DNA from: an uncultured Mycoplasmatota bacterium
GTDB taxonomy: Bacteria > Bacillota_I > Bacilli_A > RF39 > UBA660
NCBI GenBank assembly: GCA_946497955.1
Contig: CAMMMH010000004.1
Span: 12,314 to 76,313, forward strand
Direction of reading: 5' to 3'
Length of the DNA: 64,000 bases
Position numbers and translations under genes: made by a program. Below, in pieces: positions 63,986 through 64,000 of the stretch. The first letter of the stretch is position 1. The number at the start of each line of letters is the position of its first letter. Below the pieces are notes generated by a model. That model saw nothing but the letters and a program-made list of their open reading frames with translations, had not been told where the DNA came from and did not search any database.

Positions 63986-64000
63986 GGTAGTGATTAGTAT

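Overview
AT-rich chromosomal segment from a low-GC Gram-positive bacterium. It is probably a spore-former, because it encodes a CotD-like coat protein and two YjcZ-type tiny membrane proteins. All calls come from reading the translated ORFs and the DNA by eye; no searches were run. Housekeeping content: ftsY, ylxM, ffh, fmt, rpoZ, recX, prsA, sufCDSUB, an ssb-like gene, pdp, ltaS and rluB. There are many orphan membrane or secreted proteins. I saw no rRNA, tRNA or CRISPR. The main feature is one minus-strand NitT/TauT-type ABC uptake operon (binding protein, ATPase, permease; 23548 down to 4241) that is interrupted twice. A 13.8-kb element (about 5365-19132) splits the ATPase gene just after its LSGGMRQRV signature motif. 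A 3.0-kb element (about 20088-23106) splits the binding-protein gene. Each element has its own large serine recombinase, imperfect terminal inverted repeats and a shared 2-nt junction core. Removing either element in silico restores an uninterrupted reading frame. Element 1 carries an AbiEi/AbiEii pair, a TsaC/YrdC-like enzyme, a Nudix hydrolase, an extended sigma factor, a cadC-cadA-copA metal-resistance block and a Bro-N/DinD-like protein. Element 2 carries only the recombinase and a HipA-like kinase. Other points of interest: an MqsR-like toxin with an MqsA-HTH::Panacea (DUF4065) fusion antitoxin and a 22-bp palindromic operator; an orphan HerA-like ATPase; a G9 homopolymer tract; a thioester-type adhesin with an atypical sortase; a 0.4-kb array of repeated hairpins; and a 3 x 23-bp direct repeat upstream of a DUF4143 ATPase gene.
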